Source: Chthoniobacteraceae bacterium (GTDB lineage Bacteria > Verrucomicrobiota > Verrucomicrobiia > Chthoniobacterales > Chthoniobacteraceae). From it: 38,864 bases of DNA. The position numbers and the translations under genes are program-made. The stretch is from NCBI GenBank assembly GCA_031409655.1, contig JANNXQ010000212.1:1-38864 (forward strand), written 5' to 3'. The notes under the pieces are model-generated. The model searched no databases. It was not told where the DNA came from and saw only the letters and a list, made by a program, of their open reading frames with translations. Positions 38,136 through 38,864 of this stretch are shown piece by piece; the first letter of the stretch is position 1, and the number at the start of each line of letters is the position of its first letter.

Positions 38136-38492
38136 TCACCGCACTAGCGCGGCGCGCAGCGTCTCCGACCATGCGGCAAAGTCCTGCATCTCCGCCTGCG
38201 TCGGTGGATCGCTGAAGGTGCCGCTGAAAGGCGCGATTCCGCTGGGGTTGTTTGCCGTCCCGGCGATCGCTCCATCGAGCAGCCCCTGCGACACTTCTCC
38301 CGACGCGCCTTGCTCCCCCTGTGGACCCGGTTCGCCTTGCGGCCCCGGCGGACCTCCCGGTTCTCCGGGCTCGCCTTGCGGCCCTTGCTCGCCTTGCGGC
38401 CCTTGCTCGCCTTGGGGACCGGCTTCGCCTTGCGGGCCGGGATTCCCCGGCAGTCCCCACTCTCCTTGCGGTCCTTGCGGTCCTTGCGGTCC
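38136..38492 (-). pseudogene. 3' part of a collagen-like (GPQ/GEQ) protein gene, cut by IS3
   Basis: 119-codon frame [25 protein letters not shown]...[21 protein letters not shown] begins exactly at the IS terminus. Confidence 0.85.
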
Positions 38493-38864
38493 TGATCTGT
38501 CTTCGAAAAAGTGGACAGGGCTAATGGTTAGTGGGTGGAGGTTAGAGGTGGATGGTTCGGGGGGAACATTTCTTTTTCGAACTGGAGAGGAGAGCGGTAG
38601 CCGAGAGCGCTGTGGCGGCGGTGGGGGTTGTAGAAGGTTTCGATGTAATCAAAGATCAGGAGACGGGCGGCGGCGCGGGTGGGTGGGATCTGACCGCGGA
38701 GGCCTTCGGTCTTGAGGGTGGCCACGAAGCTTTCGGCCAGGGCGTTGTCGTAAGGATTGGCGGTGCGGCTCATGCTGCGGGTGACGCCCCAGGCGGCGGC
38801 GAGCGCGACGAAGTCCGCGGCGGCGTATTGCACGCCGCGATCGCTGTGATGGAGCAGGCCGGGC
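38493..38864 (-). mobile_element. IS3-family insertion sequence, one end (partial)
   Basis: Terminus TGATCTGTCTTCGAAAAAGTGGACAG (38493-518; ends in CA on the minus strand) just after the transposase stop. Confidence 0.88.
38528..38863 (-). CDS. IS3-family transposase OrfB, C-terminal part
   Basis: 'HHSDRGVQY', 'SMSR..NPYDNA.AESF..TLKTE', '[17 protein letters not shown]'. Confidence 0.95.
   Translation of the reverse strand, partial: PGLLHHSDRGVQYAAADFVALAAAWGVTRSMSRTANPYDNALAESFVATLKTEGLRGQIPPTRAAARLLIFDYIETFYNPHRRHSALGYRSPLQFEKEMFPPNHPPLTSTH

Noticed and set aside
38029..38715. Cys/Pro-rich 'SPCGP' ORF on the + strand
   Set aside because: It is the antisense reading of the collagen GPQGE repeat and crosses the IS boundary.

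Overview
High-GC bacterial chromosomal segment, most consistent with Verrucomicrobiota (PEP-CTERM protein, PVC-type heme-binding CxxCH protein, many large secreted repeat proteins). Housekeeping and catabolic genes (FAH-family dehydratase with LacI regulator, CCA-adding enzyme, AhbAB-like protein, enolase/isomerase/aldolase cluster, BatA-vWA protein, dGTPase, D,D-carboxypeptidase) alternate with accessory blocks. These blocks hold secreted beta-propeller, fibre and RCC1 proteins, three type II toxin-antitoxin (TA) pairs, many REP-like and hexamer/heptamer hairpins, and an IS3 end inside a collagen-like gene. The most unusual structure is at 18.7-21.2 kb: a roughly 1 kb-periodic array in which the 3' end of a giant secreted RCC1 gene is followed by REP element, TA pair, orphan copy of the C-terminal domain, REP element, a different TA pair, a second orphan copy, and a REP doublet. 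Also notable are nucleotide-identical repeat frameworks with codon-position-biased hypervariable loops (1-1562), a low-GC HExxH segment inside the giant gene, a shared 'FYR' C-terminal domain on unrelated secreted proteins, and a probable decayed tgt 3' end. All calls come from reading the sequence; no database searches were run.
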